Counted from the first letter of the stretch, positions 1-13,900 are shown. The stretch: 64,000 bases of DNA from Tubiluchus corallicola (GCA_030141605.1 JAQGDQ010000289.1:1-64000); one strand, 5' to 3'. The notes: generated by a model not told the origin, from the sequence alone. Made by a program: numbers and translations.

Positions 1-789
1 AACTGTTCTTGCAAGCAACCCATGCTCCGACTTTGACCAACTAACCCAATTCAATAAAATCCCATCGTTTGTTGTTATTTTAGATCAAGTCTTTTTCAGT
101 TACCTTTACTGTGAAATACCAACCGAATGAGAAAACTAACAGGAAGTTCTAAATAAAATACAAAACCCCTAAGTACTAACAAAACAATTTTGCTTTCTTC
201 GAGTCCCAAGAAAACAAATTGGCCCTAGATTCAGTGGCTAAATAGCTAACGACTGTCCATTTCAAATGTCAATTTGACAAGTATATAAACAAGTGACACT
301 TGTCATGCATTCAAAGTATCACCCGATGATCGCTTACTTTTAGACAATGCGTGGTTTAAATATAGACACATATATACGTTTGTACTAATTAGTCCTAGCC
401 CGGATGTCGTGTACTAGCATGTGGATTTAGAAATGAAGGCTGACAAGACCAAACCATTCTAGTAAGCATTTGTAACTTTGTAATTTGCATTCAACTGTTA
501 ACGAACATGTACCAGTTTAAAACATCGATGAAAGAAAGACATAATTTTTGCTTTAGAAGAATCTAAATCAGCGCATTATAACAAAGAATCGTCTACTGAA
601 TACAGTGCGAACTTCTGAGGCTGTCATGTTGCTGCTAATTTATAGGCCCTGCTATAGATATCAGCTTAAATTTATGGGTAATTTACAACATGGCGGACAT
701 TTTGTACGATGCGTATATAGTGTTAGCTACCTAAAGCTGAGGATGTTATCAAAGAAACTGTTTTGATAAGTGCAAAATTTGTGCCTCTT

Positions 790-1155
790 GTAGCCACCAC
801 TTCCACTGATTCATACTGTCGTGAACAAAAATTTGCTTTGCACATCTCTGTTACACATTTTTGTCCCTTATAAATTATGCCGAACGGGTCTACAACATTT
901 TTGCCCTTCTATGCTCTGTTATGAGATAAATTACCGTTTCAGTATTTTACTGTAGTCTTCTTAAAACGTTTTTGAATCATTCTCGCACCATTTTAGATGC
1001 ATTAGAATTGTATATGTTATGTGCCTGAGCCGATATTTCAATATCTGGCGAAACTTTAATTATTGTTTTGCTTGTAGCAGTAATAGCTTATATTGTAATG
1101 TATGTAACAATGTATTATATTGTGGCATTTTGGAAATGAACTAAACTAAACTAAA
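790..1155 (+). mobile_element. Possible highly degraded LINE 3' end
   Basis: Remnant peptide SLINYAERVYNIF, a T/G-rich UTR-like stretch and a terminal (CTAAA)3 tail. Confidence 0.3.
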
Positions 1156-2690
1156 CCCACTGGTTGATCATAAAATATGCCCCTATACCGGCACACATAC
1201 GCTCCTTTCTACAGCCATTTATTTAATAATTACGTTAAGCTCGGCTTTACATTATTTAGATAGGTAGTCTCTAGCAGCTGGGTTTCCGTGGTTTTATATA
1301 CGTTGGCTTGTACACTGGCATGGTGATTTATGGTACGAGCGCTTGTATTTGTAGACTGGGATGCCTTAAATGTAGTCATAAACTAATCAAAGTCGGCACG
1401 TTCGCATAAATAATTCATCGTGTTTTATTTACAAATGCGATAATTCGGTGGTACAGGTGTGTACAAAGCTTTATATTTGGCAGAGACAATTAATAGATTT
1501 TGGTTTAAATTATTTTTTTACTTTCTACATGTACGATTAGAATGAAAAAGCATCACTAACAATTCAAATTTTGTTTAAAAAATTCTAGATCTTGCACAAC
1601 GAAAAGTCATGTTTTTTGGGCATTGCCTGCAGTCTTTTCTGGGCGTCCATTGCAACTTACATAAATCTTTCAAAATAAGATACTATATATATGGGCATAA
1701 CCTAAGTTGCCATTCAGCCCCAGAGTAAAAATATGACCTGAGAAGCTTTCCAATTCTCAACTAGTATCTAATACGGGAAACCTCTTCCATTTTTAACCCT
1801 TGCCCCATGAAAAACAATGGCCATACCGTTACCAAAGCATGAACTGGCTTCATATTCAACACCTGATAATGATAAATTATCCCGATCTTAATTAAATGCG
1901 CCGATTTCACAGGTTTTTAGCAATAATCTGCAGCAATAAATTATTCGCGGAGGCAAGATAAGGCTTAAAGCTGATTTTGATAGTAGAAATCTGTCCCTTT
2001 TTGCTGTTGTTTCTCACGTTGCTCTAGATGAAGTCAAGCCTCCATGAATCGAAAGGAATCAAAATGTGGTGTATAACAAGTTATCTCAATTACTATAGCT
2101 ATGTTTATATAACTTATGGAGGCTTACCTTTGTAGATGTTATAACCCCGTGTTAAATATTCCGCCTTTTCCTAACTGTACATTTATTGGGGTACTTTCTT
2201 CGAAATGCTTAATGACTGCAATAAGGGCTTTTGAAATGAAAATTCTTTTCAAATTTCTAAAAAACCGCATATAGCCACTATTTTGCGTAAAATAAACAGC
2301 TTATTATATAACGGCTTACAGTAAAATTTGTAATATCTTATTTATTATACGTGTAATGAAGCAAAAAAATCTAACTATTTGAAAGTAGCTCTTAAAATTA
2401 TAATTGTAGTTGGAGTCTTGTAATTGGTTCTAGTTGCTACACTTGCAAATAGCAAAAATCTAGTAAAATATAATTAATGCTTGAAACTGTAATTGTAATT
2501 GCAAACCTTTTCTATTTCAATGTTAAGGTATATTGTGGTGTTGTAAATAAACTTGATTTCTAACATTTATGCAAATTTTCTTATTGTGCCCTGCAAATAG
2601 ACGGCTAGTTTGGATTGTACAGTTGTACTATGTATTTTCTGAATAAATAAGAGTTATAATAATGATGATGATGATGATGATGATGATAAT

Positions 2691-2723
<33 letters not shown>

Positions 2724-3477
2724 CGTATATATGTAATTCATACTTCAACATAAATTTTGTGTCGATTATACAGAGAAAACCTTAATATGGATTAAAATGT
2801 ACTAATATTGTCAGTGAATCTACATAGATTGTGACCATACGCAAATAGAATGTCTGCATTCACACCAGCTGACCTCTTTGACCGGTTGACAACTTTAGCT
2901 GTCCAAGACACCTGGACTTAAGTTCAGCTGGCATTATTGACTGGAATCTATAGCATAATTAAAATGTTCTATAAATCTATCCACACACAGGTGTGGGTAG
3001 CCAATGCGTAATGCTGCTTATTTAACCATCCCCCTCCCTACACATACTCCTTTTTTCCTGCGTGACATTTAATGGAAAATAAAATGACGGTATCATAAGC
3101 ACAAAGGCAACTGTAACTCATTACCGCACCTGTTTACACCTGTTCATTTAGTTGATTGCTTTCCAAAATCCATAAACAACATATGATACGTTGATGGCTG
3201 ATACTTCTAACAGAATAAAGCTGAGCGAGCAGATGAAAGCTAACCTTTGTGGAAGTTTGCAAGCACTAAATGTGTAGATAGCTTAGGCTTGCCGTCGCTC
3301 TGTGAGAATATGGGGAGTATTACACTGAGGGGTGTTTTTAGGTAAGGGTACGGAAGTCGACTGTGCATAGAAATAAGACAATCTTAAAGCCAACTATGAC
3401 GTCAGCAATCCTCTACCTGGAGGCAGAAGATCTAATATCATTAAGGTAGTTTTCAATAGTCAAGAGAAAAACAGGGT

Positions 3478-3723
3478 GACCGGTAATAAAATCACAGGAA
3501 AAAAGTCACAATTTGGCTAGGAGAAAAGTCACAATTAATTATGGCTATGGTTAGGGTCAGGGTTAGGGTCATGGGTTAGGATTAGGGTTAGGGTAGGGTT
3601 AGGGGTTACGATTAGCGGTAGGGTTAGGGTCATTGCTTTTTTTCCTGTGAATTTTTCCCCGTGACTTTTTTCCGCGACTTTTTATCTGTGACTTTTTTTA
3701 CCAGTGACTTTTTTACCTGGACT
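3478..3723. mobile_element. Foldback-like element with (TTAGGG)n core
   Basis: Left arm has 3 GGAAAAAAGTCAC-like units, right arm has 5-6 inverted GTGACTTTTTTCC-like units. Degenerate GGGTTA repeats lie at 3549-3629. Confidence 0.7.
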
Positions 3724-4244
3724 CTATAATGTATCAGTCTAATTGGTTGCAGTAAGGTGAGATATGATGCTCTCAAGCAATTATAATAATTATATAACTT
3801 TTTAACTGAATTGTGAGGCTCAGAAAATAGATTTAGCCGACAGTTGTAGGTACGTCACTTATAGACAAAAACTCTGCCCCTAGAGCTCTAGAAATGATAT
3901 AGGCTCCGAGAGATGAGGATTCGTAGAGCTTAATACTTTGTTAGTTTTTGGCACGCCTTGCGAGTTTGGCATGTTATAGCAGTCTGCCAGTTTGTTTTTT
4001 CTTTGTTTGTATATGTATATATATATATATGTATAAATGTATGTTTGTTTGCTTAGTTGATTAGTTTATTGGGTGGCTGGCTGGTTTGTCTATTCGTTTG
4101 CTAGTTTGTTTATCCATCCGAAATAGCATCTGAAAATTGATGTTATATATGTATACATATAAATATTGAAGTCATATATAGCTTATATATATATACTACT
4201 TATATATATTACTCATATATTACTTATATATATATATATATAAG

Positions 4245-5059
4245 TAAGTCTTTTGACACACTTTAATACACGTGGAATGCTGCAATAAAGGATTTCAACT
4301 TTCCTAAAATAGCCCTTTACTAGAAAGCCATAATAGCAAAGAAAAACTTCAATTCTGCTAAAACACCCTCTCAGTGGAACGCCATAATAGACGTTTCACA
4401 CATATACTTTATACATATATATATATATATATATAAAACTAGCTCTCCTTGAAGTCTTTTCCATACGATATCGATATACTAAACCTTGTAAATCTTAGCA
4501 ATTGTTCAGCTTGTTTTGTTGGTAGAGCGCGGTGTTAAGTCAAAAACTGAGTCAAGTAGGCAGCATTCGTGATTAAGTGGTCTTTTCCCATAACATGATC
4601 TTTTCACAGTGGACAAGACAAAAGGACAAATGTAGAAAGATAATGGAAAACTGTTTTATAACTACCCTCAACTGACCAAGGTCAAACTCCGTCTATTCGC
4701 AAAGCTTGAAAGCGCCTTCCTGTGATTGTTGTATCCATCACACATTGACAATCTCTGGGAAATTTTGTCATCATTGTAATTACAAGGGCTTCAGTCATCC
4801 AGCCATTGAAGCCGCTTGACAGACATGCAATATTTGCCTGTGACAATGCAGAGAAATGTGACAGTCATATTGCTACATATTTGGCAGAGAAGCAAAAGCG
4901 ATTATTACTCGGCCAAATCACCCATCAATCATTAGCCAGGTTTAATCGACTGTCATGTGTGAAACGCTTATTATGGCGGTCCACTGAGAGGGGGTTTTAG
5001 CAGAGTTGAAGTCCCTTATTGCAGCATTCCACGTGTATTAAACGGTGTCAAGAGACTTA
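4245..5059. repeat. Long inverted repeat pair (MITE-like or local inverted duplication)
   Basis: 4245-4403 (TAAGTCTTTTGACACACTTTAATACACGTGGAATGCTGCAATAA...CTCTCAGTGGAACGCCATAATAGACGTTTCACACAT) is the reverse complement of about 4955-5059. The left arm carries an extra internal degenerate duplication of about 50 bp. Confidence 0.85.
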
Positions 5060-6727
5060 AAGCGTTCCAAATCTGAGCTTTCAAATACAAAAAACAAAAA
5101 AATAATATAGCAGTGGAAAAAGTTTAGCAAAGGCAACTTCTTCATTTTTTGCACTGGCAGATAGATATTGATGAGAGGGCAATCCTACTGGAATAAAAAT
5201 TGCAGTGCAAACAGATGTACACTTCTGGCGGCCATTACTGTATAGCTTTCACATAAATGAATGCATTCTCCTTCAACGACAGAAAAAGCCGGGCCACGAT
5301 CGATTTTCACGGCGGCCAACCATACATTTGCTAACCAGATTTGATTAACCAGGTCTAGCGCTGAGCAGTCACCGTGGCCACACAGCTGTCTTCTATAATA
5401 TTTATAGCTTTCAAATAGAAATTATTATTAAAGTTTGTTTGATAAAATGCTTAAAAGCTACCCTGTTTCGGACAAAAATAATCCATCCCCTCAAACGTAG
5501 GACTGCCTGTTCGTTCAGAAAATCATTATTCGTTGCTTAGCGCAAAAAGAGCACAATGTTTTTTTTACCATGCAATCAACATATCCAACTTATATCCAAC
5601 TTATAACCAACCACAGAGATAAACACGTTACTGCCAAATTTATAAGAAAAAGATACTAAAGAAATTATTTGATCAGTTCTTGTTTAACATGGCTTCAGTT
5701 AAGCGTGACGCGCAGTCTTATCCAAATGGTTCAGAGTCTTAGCTTCAACGTGTGGCTTCATCTACTTGTTCAGCAGCGGCGATTTCAAAATATTTTTCTG
5801 AATGAATTCTAAAGATTAGGCAATGTTTAGGCGATCGTAAAGAACCAATCACGCGCTATCCGCTATCAGACTATATAACTGCTTTGCACTCAACAAAGAT
5901 ATTTTTACTAGTTTTACTACTGTGTAACGCAAAACCTGATTTAAATCAAATTCTTCACAAATTCCTGCACTAATTTTATGAAAACGAGCGTCCCGTATCT
6001 TGGACAACCCCCCTATAGTCATATGAACCTGATTTATATCCCAATCACATTCTCGCAAACACTGCCACCCATTAGCGGGCTTTTTAGCTAATTCTTTCTT
6101 CCTTTTACCACTAATTATTTCTAGGATGAGATCCGTCGTGAAGCCTACGTGATGGATGGGACTCACTCGCGTTTTGGCAGTTAAATTCCTGTATAGCGCA
6201 CAGTGGCTTCTTTGCGACTTTGTCGACTAATATATACATTTTCGAATATGGAGAACTATTCTAGCACACCAAAATTAGGCTGTGAAATGATTAAGTTGTT
6301 TTTATTGTTTCAGCATTTCTCGTTATAATCAACAACAGCAAACAAGCATACCCCTTTGTTACTGAGCCATTTCATAGAACTTGCTAATGCACTTTAAAGT
6401 GAAGAAAGCTGAATCATGCAATCGTGCAAAAGTGAAAAAGTGATATGTTAATTTTTTGCTATAGACTATAAAACAACCGAACGGACCAGAAAGAAATTTT
6501 AAGCGATTACAGGTAGATCAAGAGATGTATCTAACTAGGTTTTGTAATTCAAAGTGTTCTGCACATCCTAATTTTTGTCTCCCAAAAAGTTCTGAGACAA
6601 ACCTCGCCCTTTTTGGTTTAAAAATATGGAATTCTGCATGTGGGAAAGTTCACATAACTTCTGTCATATTAGAACTTTGCAACTATGATTTAAACATCAC
6701 TAGTTTTTAAAAAGAACAGAGAAGGAT

Positions 6728-6736
6728 CTCTCTCTC

Positions 6737-6792
<56 letters not shown>

Positions 6793-6865
6793 CCTCCCTC
6801 TCCCTCTCTGTCACATTCACTCCCTCTCCCTCTCTCTCACTCTCTCACTCCTTCACTTTCTCACT

Positions 6866-6961
<96 letters not shown>

Positions 6962-6990
6962 TTCTCTCTCTCTGTCTCTTTCTCGTCTCT
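6728..6990. repeat. (CT)n microsatellite
   Basis: Long polypyrimidine CT tract. Source of the RERE ORF. Confidence 0.98.
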
Positions 6991-7089
6991 GTTTTCTTTC
7001 TGCTTTCTTTCTGAATTGTTCATTCATTGTTGTCTTCCAGAACCAGACATTAATTGTATTCATACCGTTGCTTAGTTTACTAAAGGTAT

Positions 7090-7315
7090 ATTGTGATATG
7101 TATGCTGCGTTACATTGTGATGCGTTGTGTTGTCTTATGTTATATTATGTTGTGTTGTGGTATGGTGTGTTGTGTTGTGCCGTGCCGTGTTGCGTTGCGT
7201 TGCTTTGCACTGTGTTGTGGTACGGTGTGCTGTTCTATGTAGGGCTGTCTTGTGCTGTTCTCTCTTGTGTTGTGTTGTGTCATGTTATATTGTGTTGAGT
7301 TGTGTTATGTTATGT
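7090..7315. repeat. Degenerate pentanucleotide (TGTGT/TGTTG)n repeat
   Basis: 5-bp periodicity visible directly. Confidence 0.9.
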
Positions 7316-8971
7316 GCCTTCCTCTATCTGCCTATCTGATGGATAGCCTGTACGTCTGTCAGTCTGTCTGCCTGCATAATAAGCTTGCGGACTTTAACGT
7401 ATATGGATTCAGTCAACATTTCGTTTTACATTCGTGATCTTCATTTGTAATTTAACATCAGCAAGCAAGTGCAATCTTCAGTGGCTTCCAAATTTAAATT
7501 ACTCCACTGTGTATTAAAATCAAATGGATTCTTGGCGTGCGCCTGTAATATATTGCCTGTCATCTTATCTGGACCTGCCACCCTGCCTGAATAAATACAT
7601 TAACTTGCCTTAAACAAACGGCAAAACACAAACTATGATACTGATATAATTCGCCAATATATATGCTCTGCTGTTTCGTCAAATATTTACTGATTATAAG
7701 ATTTTCTCAAGAACAACAAGAAGCTGGTAATAAGACACGATGTAGTTTGCATATTTGGGACGCGATTTGCAAGAAAATGAAGATGAAGCCAGTAGAGCAA
7801 AGTGTACTATAGGGAAGCTGTGACATCTACTATTAATACAGCCATCTTTGTAATGGATATACTTGTGTGAAGGGAAGCAAAGGGCATGTTAATCTTTGGC
7901 AACCCTGAAGAAGTTCAAATAACAAGTTCAAATCTCACAATGGCTTTTCTGTTTTTGTGTTACAGATCAGTAAGACACTTGCTAGTCATTGTGAGTAAAG
8001 AAAAATACCATATAATACACACCTGTTTACCGAAAAAAGGTAAAGCAACATTTCTGTGCTTTTATATCAGTTTTCCCACAAATGATATGCTTTTATTAAT
8101 TTAATTTATTTACATCATTGTAGAAATGGTTAGATCAGAAACAATCAATTGCCATCGTTACTTTTGACGAGTTGATGTTACCACAGTTTGAAAGATTATC
8201 AGAGTTCAGCTTTGTGCATGAGTTTAAGTACGAGTATGCCTTTCAAAATCCTCCGTTTACCAAAATTTCCATTTAAAAACTCATTAGGAGTTTCTGGTGT
8301 ATTTTTGGCAACTTTTTAACTTCAAAACGTGTAAAGTATTTTTCCTTTAACATTACACATAAACCCTTCGATATACTTAAATGCATGTCCAAAACTCTTA
8401 ACTAATTCAGACGTTAGACTTCAGATAATGTTGGGGGTGGAGGTTAATCTATACTATTATATCAGCAATGATGCAGCCAACCAAATAAACCAAATTCCCA
8501 GTTTTGTCATAGTGTGTGATATAACGTTTGACAATCCATGAACGACTTAGAAAGCGCTTTGGCGTGTTGTTACTATATGTGTTATTTTAATTAAATTCCG
8601 ACTAGCAGCCAAACGGTTTAAAAACAACGATTTTCTAATTACTAATTAATTACTAATTGCGCTGATCCGCGTGCTAGTCATACATGCACTGTTCCGGGGC
8701 AATTCAAATTTTAATCTGCATGCGCTTAGGAAGAGACACAAGGGAAAACGTGGGATGGCTCGTATAAAATAACGAGAGTAACTGGCCAAGCATTGGATTT
8801 AATGCAAGTTATTAATGCTTGCTGTATATCACAATCAATATTTATGAAATATATGTACCAAAAAGTTTCTGCCGGTTTTTATTTCCACCTGGACTAATAA
8901 TACTAACTATTTTTGTCCCTTACACAGGTACGCCCTGCTAATGATTTTATTAATTAATATGAAAGGCATTC

Positions 8972-9503
8972 CGCCATTTTAATTACATATCTAGGGACAA
9001 TACTTTACCCTGTGGTTTGATCTTCGCTGTTGCTATTTATTGCCACTGTTTAGTACTATTTAGCTTATCTCACGTCTCATCTTAGCTCAAGTCATATCAT
9101 ATCATATCATATATATATATATACAAACCTATGTCGCTATTTTAATTATATATCTAAGGACAATACTTTACCCTGTGGTTTGGTCTTCGCTGTTGCTATT
9201 TATTGCCACTGTTTAGTACTATTTAGCTCATCTCACGTCTCATCTTAGCTCAAGTCATATCTTATCATATCATATATATATATATACAAAGCTATGTCGC
9301 CATTTTAATCACATATCTAAGGACAATACTTTACCCAGTGGTGTGGTCTTCGCTGTTACTATTTATTGCCACTGTTTAGTACTATTTAGCTCATCTCACG
9401 TCTCATCTTAGCTCAAGTCATATCATATCATATCATATCATATCATATCATATCATATCATATCATATCATATCATATCATATATATATACAAACTTATG
9501 TCG
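8972..9503. repeat. Tandem repeat, 3 x 163-bp units with embedded (ATATC)n
   Basis: Units start at 8972, 9135 and 9298. Shared GGACAATACTTTACCC...TATTTATTGCCACTGTTTAGTACTATTTAGCT. The third unit has an expanded ATATC tract. Confidence 0.95.
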
Positions 9504-10249
9504 AAATTTCTGTTAAAACAATACAGGTAGAAAAACGCATAGTAAAATGCATAACGATAGAGCGATAGACAAGAAAGCAGCATGTATATGATTTCCCCGT
9601 AATCGTGTCATAATTGTATACCAATATAACGAAGTACCATTGTGCTTATGCTTTTATTATCTATAAGAATTATACTTATAATTAACTAATATACAGCAAA
9701 CAGTTATGGTAAACAGCTAGAGTTTATTATTACTCACTATTTAATCAGTAGCAAACAAGTTTGAAGCCTAAATCTTTTTGAAACAACAGTAACACCGTTA
9801 TGAATGCACTTCTACTCAGTTTCTTCCTCACAGAAAATTCTTGACAGAGGGTATTGTGGATTCTTTATGCATCTCTATGGTTATTTCTTGTTCAGCCTTT
9901 CATCAGTTTTATAGCCTTTTGCCCCAATGTCATATTCCCTTGATTGAGTGATTTTGTTTGAGTGAAATAGAACACTGTAGGACATTCTTTACTGCAAAAA
10001 AGTCAAATAGCATCTTTGTTGATTCTACAGCTGCTTGCATGTGAATGAGCTGCTGGATGAACACAGTCACTATCAGTAATGAAACCAGAATTTTCCACTA
10101 GTAATCTCAATGATCGCAGGAGTCTCGAAGCCCATTAAAATAATGGAGCCTAATGGTCCCTTAATATTCAAATTATTCACAAACGATGATACAGGGGCGT
10201 ATGGAGTGATTATGAGATTCTGTATTTGCATACAAATGTTTTCCGTGAC

Positions 10250-10479
10250 CGAGAGAAACACGCACATCGAGAAAAGAGGAGCCATGCAATAACGTCTGTA
10301 GATAGAGTGATGTTCGAGAAACGTGGAGAAAAGGGGAGGCCATGCAAGTATGTCTGCGGCGTATGTTCGAGAAACAATGAGAACATAGGAGCTAAACATA
10401 TATGTCTGTGGAATAGAGTTATGTTTAAGAAACATGGAGAAAAGAGGCGCCATACTTTTATCTATGTTTGAGAAACATA
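10250..10479. repeat. Degenerate minisatellite, about 4 units of 50-60 bp
   Basis: Recurrent ATGTTCGAGAAAC..GAGAAAAGAGG.GCCAT motif. Explains the overlapping ORFs at 10073-10531. Confidence 0.75.
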
Positions 10480-10754
10480 AATTTATGTAAATGGTCAATT
10501 TCGTTTTCAATTTTGACGCTATATGTGCCATATGTGAAATATTACAAAGTTAAATTAAGGAAGATGTGAAATATTACAAAACTAAATAAAGGAAAATAAG
10601 TCCAAAATGGCAACTTGACGGTTTGCAACTGAAGCCAATGGTTGGAGATGAAATATTTTCACTTACTGTAGTATAGGCAGAACGTAAGCAATATGTATCG
10701 TCATCATTTTCAGTCTGGCTGTGTAATTGTAATTATTATATTATGGGTACTTAC

Positions 10755-10906
10755 ACTTAAATGTTGAAATAACCACGCTCGCATGATATTCGTGGCAACT
10801 TTTGGAAAGATTCCCCGTTTCTTTTGCCGCTTTCCTTTTGGGTCATCAGTACTGCCCTCTAGATCACTACCGTCCTGCGAACCAAGGCTGTTATCCATGC
10901 CATCGC
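10755..10906 (-). CDS. Meis: Meis/homothorax coding exon 7, N-terminal arm and helix 1 of TALE homeodomain
   Basis: (G)[50 protein letters not shown]. Acceptor TTTTTCTAG, donor AGT|GTAAGT. The next expected exon (HPYPSE...) was not found in 1-10754. Confidence 0.98.
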
Positions 10907-13900
10907 CTAGAAAAAAATGAACCAGTCAACAACTGAAAATATAGTAATATACACATAACTAACTAACATACTATGCACAATGCAGAAAGATATTCAGTGT
11001 ACGGTATAGAAAACAGACTCTAACCAGGCAAATATCAGAAGTAGGGGGCAGTTTAATAACTGCCGTATTAATCATCTCATGTTCAACTTTGGGAACAAAA
11101 CTAAAACACAGTGAGCAGTAATAAATTAGTCATACATTTGTATTGTAATAAATTTACAAAATATATTAATGCAGCAATATTCAACTTTAGGATAAAGTGG
11201 AAATTACAAAGCCATCAATATCTTTAGCCTCTTATTCACGTTATCTTTTAATACTTCATTTAGCTAGTTACACTACCGTCCTTTCATTTCATCTTTTGTT
11301 GTAAAAAGACATTAATATTGTCACTTATAATTCTCCCTTTACGTGCCTTGTCAAACTGTATTTTTATTTTGTCAAAGAGGACAGACAACCGAGTCACGTG
11401 GCTCTAATGAAATTACACTTGGACTGCTCTTTTGTTCTTCGCCTTTATGTGGAAAATTACAAAATAGATTATGATTGAACATCCTACACCAGTGAACAAT
11501 AGGGCAGTTTATGCACCAATAAAAGAGAAGAATGTACAAAAAATGAGACGGACAGCTAGACTGAGCGAATCAGAAAAAGCAGGATGTCTTACAAGAAAGA
11601 TTTTGTTTTAAATTGAATTGAATCCAACTGAAAATGGTTGCAAGAACGCCATGTTTTAGACGATATTATGAGCATTTTCAGCGATAGTATCGTTCCAAAT
11701 CTTTGCAGTACCAAAAGATATGTAAGTTAAGCGATAAACTCATAGTTAGTGGCTACACAGACTAAAACGCTGTTTTAATAAAAAAAGGCGTGTAACAATT
11801 TTAAAACCACTCATTAATGTTTCAAATGTTAGAAAACGTTTGATGAATAGCTTTATTATTACAGTAATCAGTTAAAAAGATAACTGCAGTAATCGCTACA
11901 AAGGTTTAGCTAATTGGTTTAATTCCTACAATTGAACGTGTGCGCATGCCACGTTACTGAATACGCGATATAATTACAGCCTAGTAATCGCATTGTGTCT
12001 GTAATTCTCTCACCTATTGCACACTCAGCTACCTGTTTCTTTCTTATTGTTGGATTGAATAATGACCAAGGAATCAAGAGCTGTATTACCTACGATGGAG
12101 GACGCGTCCACAAGAATTCATTAATTATATATAATGTACTTGCTGTTACTTGCTGACGATACTAGTGAAACTGAAATGCCCACAAAAGTTGGAATGCAAT
12201 TACATGTATCATCTACGTAAATACATGAACATTTGTGGAATGCAATTAAATATGAGACAAAGAAGTGAGTAGTGGAGATGAAGCACAAAAAACGTCAAAC
12301 AAGTGGTGTTAATCCTGGTAGTGTCTATCAATGTCTACCCTTTTACAGAAAACTATAATGAAAATTAAAAACATCCATAGCTCGTGATTTTCTTTAATTT
12401 CACAATGGTTTTCAACATTATAAATAACGGAGATCGTTCCCATTCAATGTCAACATTCATTTTGAATATGCACAAAGTTCACACTTACTCATAATTCGAG
12501 TATCTAGTATAATATACGCCAAACTACACTTGCATGTTAATCTACATTCACCGCGTCGTCAATGAAGAACACCGCATGTATGCTTCCGCTGACAAGAAAA
12601 CAATTTATACAAAGACAAAAGATAGCATTACATGTGCGGTTACAGTTTCCAAACACACATTTTTATACTTTATTTGCTGAGATGGAAAATAACTGAGTTG
12701 TCATGTTATGAACTAGGAAAGGAATTTAAGCAATGCCACGTCTGATCTGAAAATGGATGGCTGACAGCTGATAAAATTGCGTCTGGGTGGCTTTTTTCGT
12801 TATCCTTGTCCTATCGCACTGCTATTTTAAACACCCTTGAGGTGCACGTGTGTACGCATTCGATGCAATGAACTACTTTCGCCTATTCAGTGTTTTTTCC
12901 TCAAAAGATTACCTTTGACAATTAAATGGGTTCTGATTCCGTCATGACCATCTATCTTGCTCACTGAATATGGAATGATTTTGCCAAGTTTCCAATTTAC
13001 AGAGAGCCGAAACATATAAAAACTGTTAAATACTCTGCATATTAGTATTGACTTTTTTGTTATACAAATAGCAATCATTAAAGAGTTGGATTCGTAGGTG
13101 TAAGTCCTATTTTTCCAAATTGTTATTATTTTCAGAATATCATCCAGCGATTCGCACTAGCTTATCGTGAAACATCTAATTACAAGCTATTTGCATCAAC
13201 TGAGTCTTATTACATACAACAGGTTTAATGACAATTTCTCTAAAGTATAGCAGCAACCGATTGCTTTACTTGATTTATTAATCAATTTGTGTAACCTTGG
13301 ATGAAATAAGCCTACACCGTACAAGAGCTTGCAACTTTTTACAGTGTTCTACATGTAGTTCATTAACTAGATACAGTCACTTTTCTGATTCGGTTATATT
13401 TTGCTAATTTTGCGCGTACATTAACCAAACCAAATGGACTTCAGCCACAGCATTAACGCAACAATTAATATGCAAATGATAAAAATATGGCTTCGTCACG
13501 GCCGAGTATGTCTAGATTTTGTACGTCATGAAAGTACTTTCGGTTACTAGCAGGTCAAACATTGTCTTTAATTAATTTTTAACGTTTACAAATTGTGCTG
13601 CTACGAATTTCAGAAACTCAAGTTATTATCCACTTCTCAGAGCTTTAATCAGACCTTTCGAGTGTGCATACATTTTGAAACAGATTAAGGGTTTTTTAGT
13701 TCTACTGACACATTGAGTCAAACAAATGTTTTAATGGACCTTCAAATTTTGTTTAATACAAAATTACGAAATGGTAAAAATTTCGCATAGTTTTCGGTGA
13801 AATGACGCAGTTTTACAATAAAACTGTATGCTCACTTCTGCAGAAAAGCTAGTCTCTCAACTTGACATGATATGTTAGTTAGATCTAGCTTAGTCAACTT

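Noticed and set aside
1324-6159. Isolated TGATTTATGG (1324) and TGATGGATGG (6150) motifs
   Set aside because: A few TGATNNATGG matches are expected by chance in 64 kb, and these have no adjacent clustering.
8972-9503. CRISPR-like repeat array
   Set aside because: Whole units are repeated with no unique spacers, there are no cas genes, and the DNA is eukaryotic.
1-10754. Remaining Meis homeodomain exons (HPYPSE...VNNW, FINARRR)
   Set aside because: No matching sequence found by eye; presumed to lie beyond the window edge.
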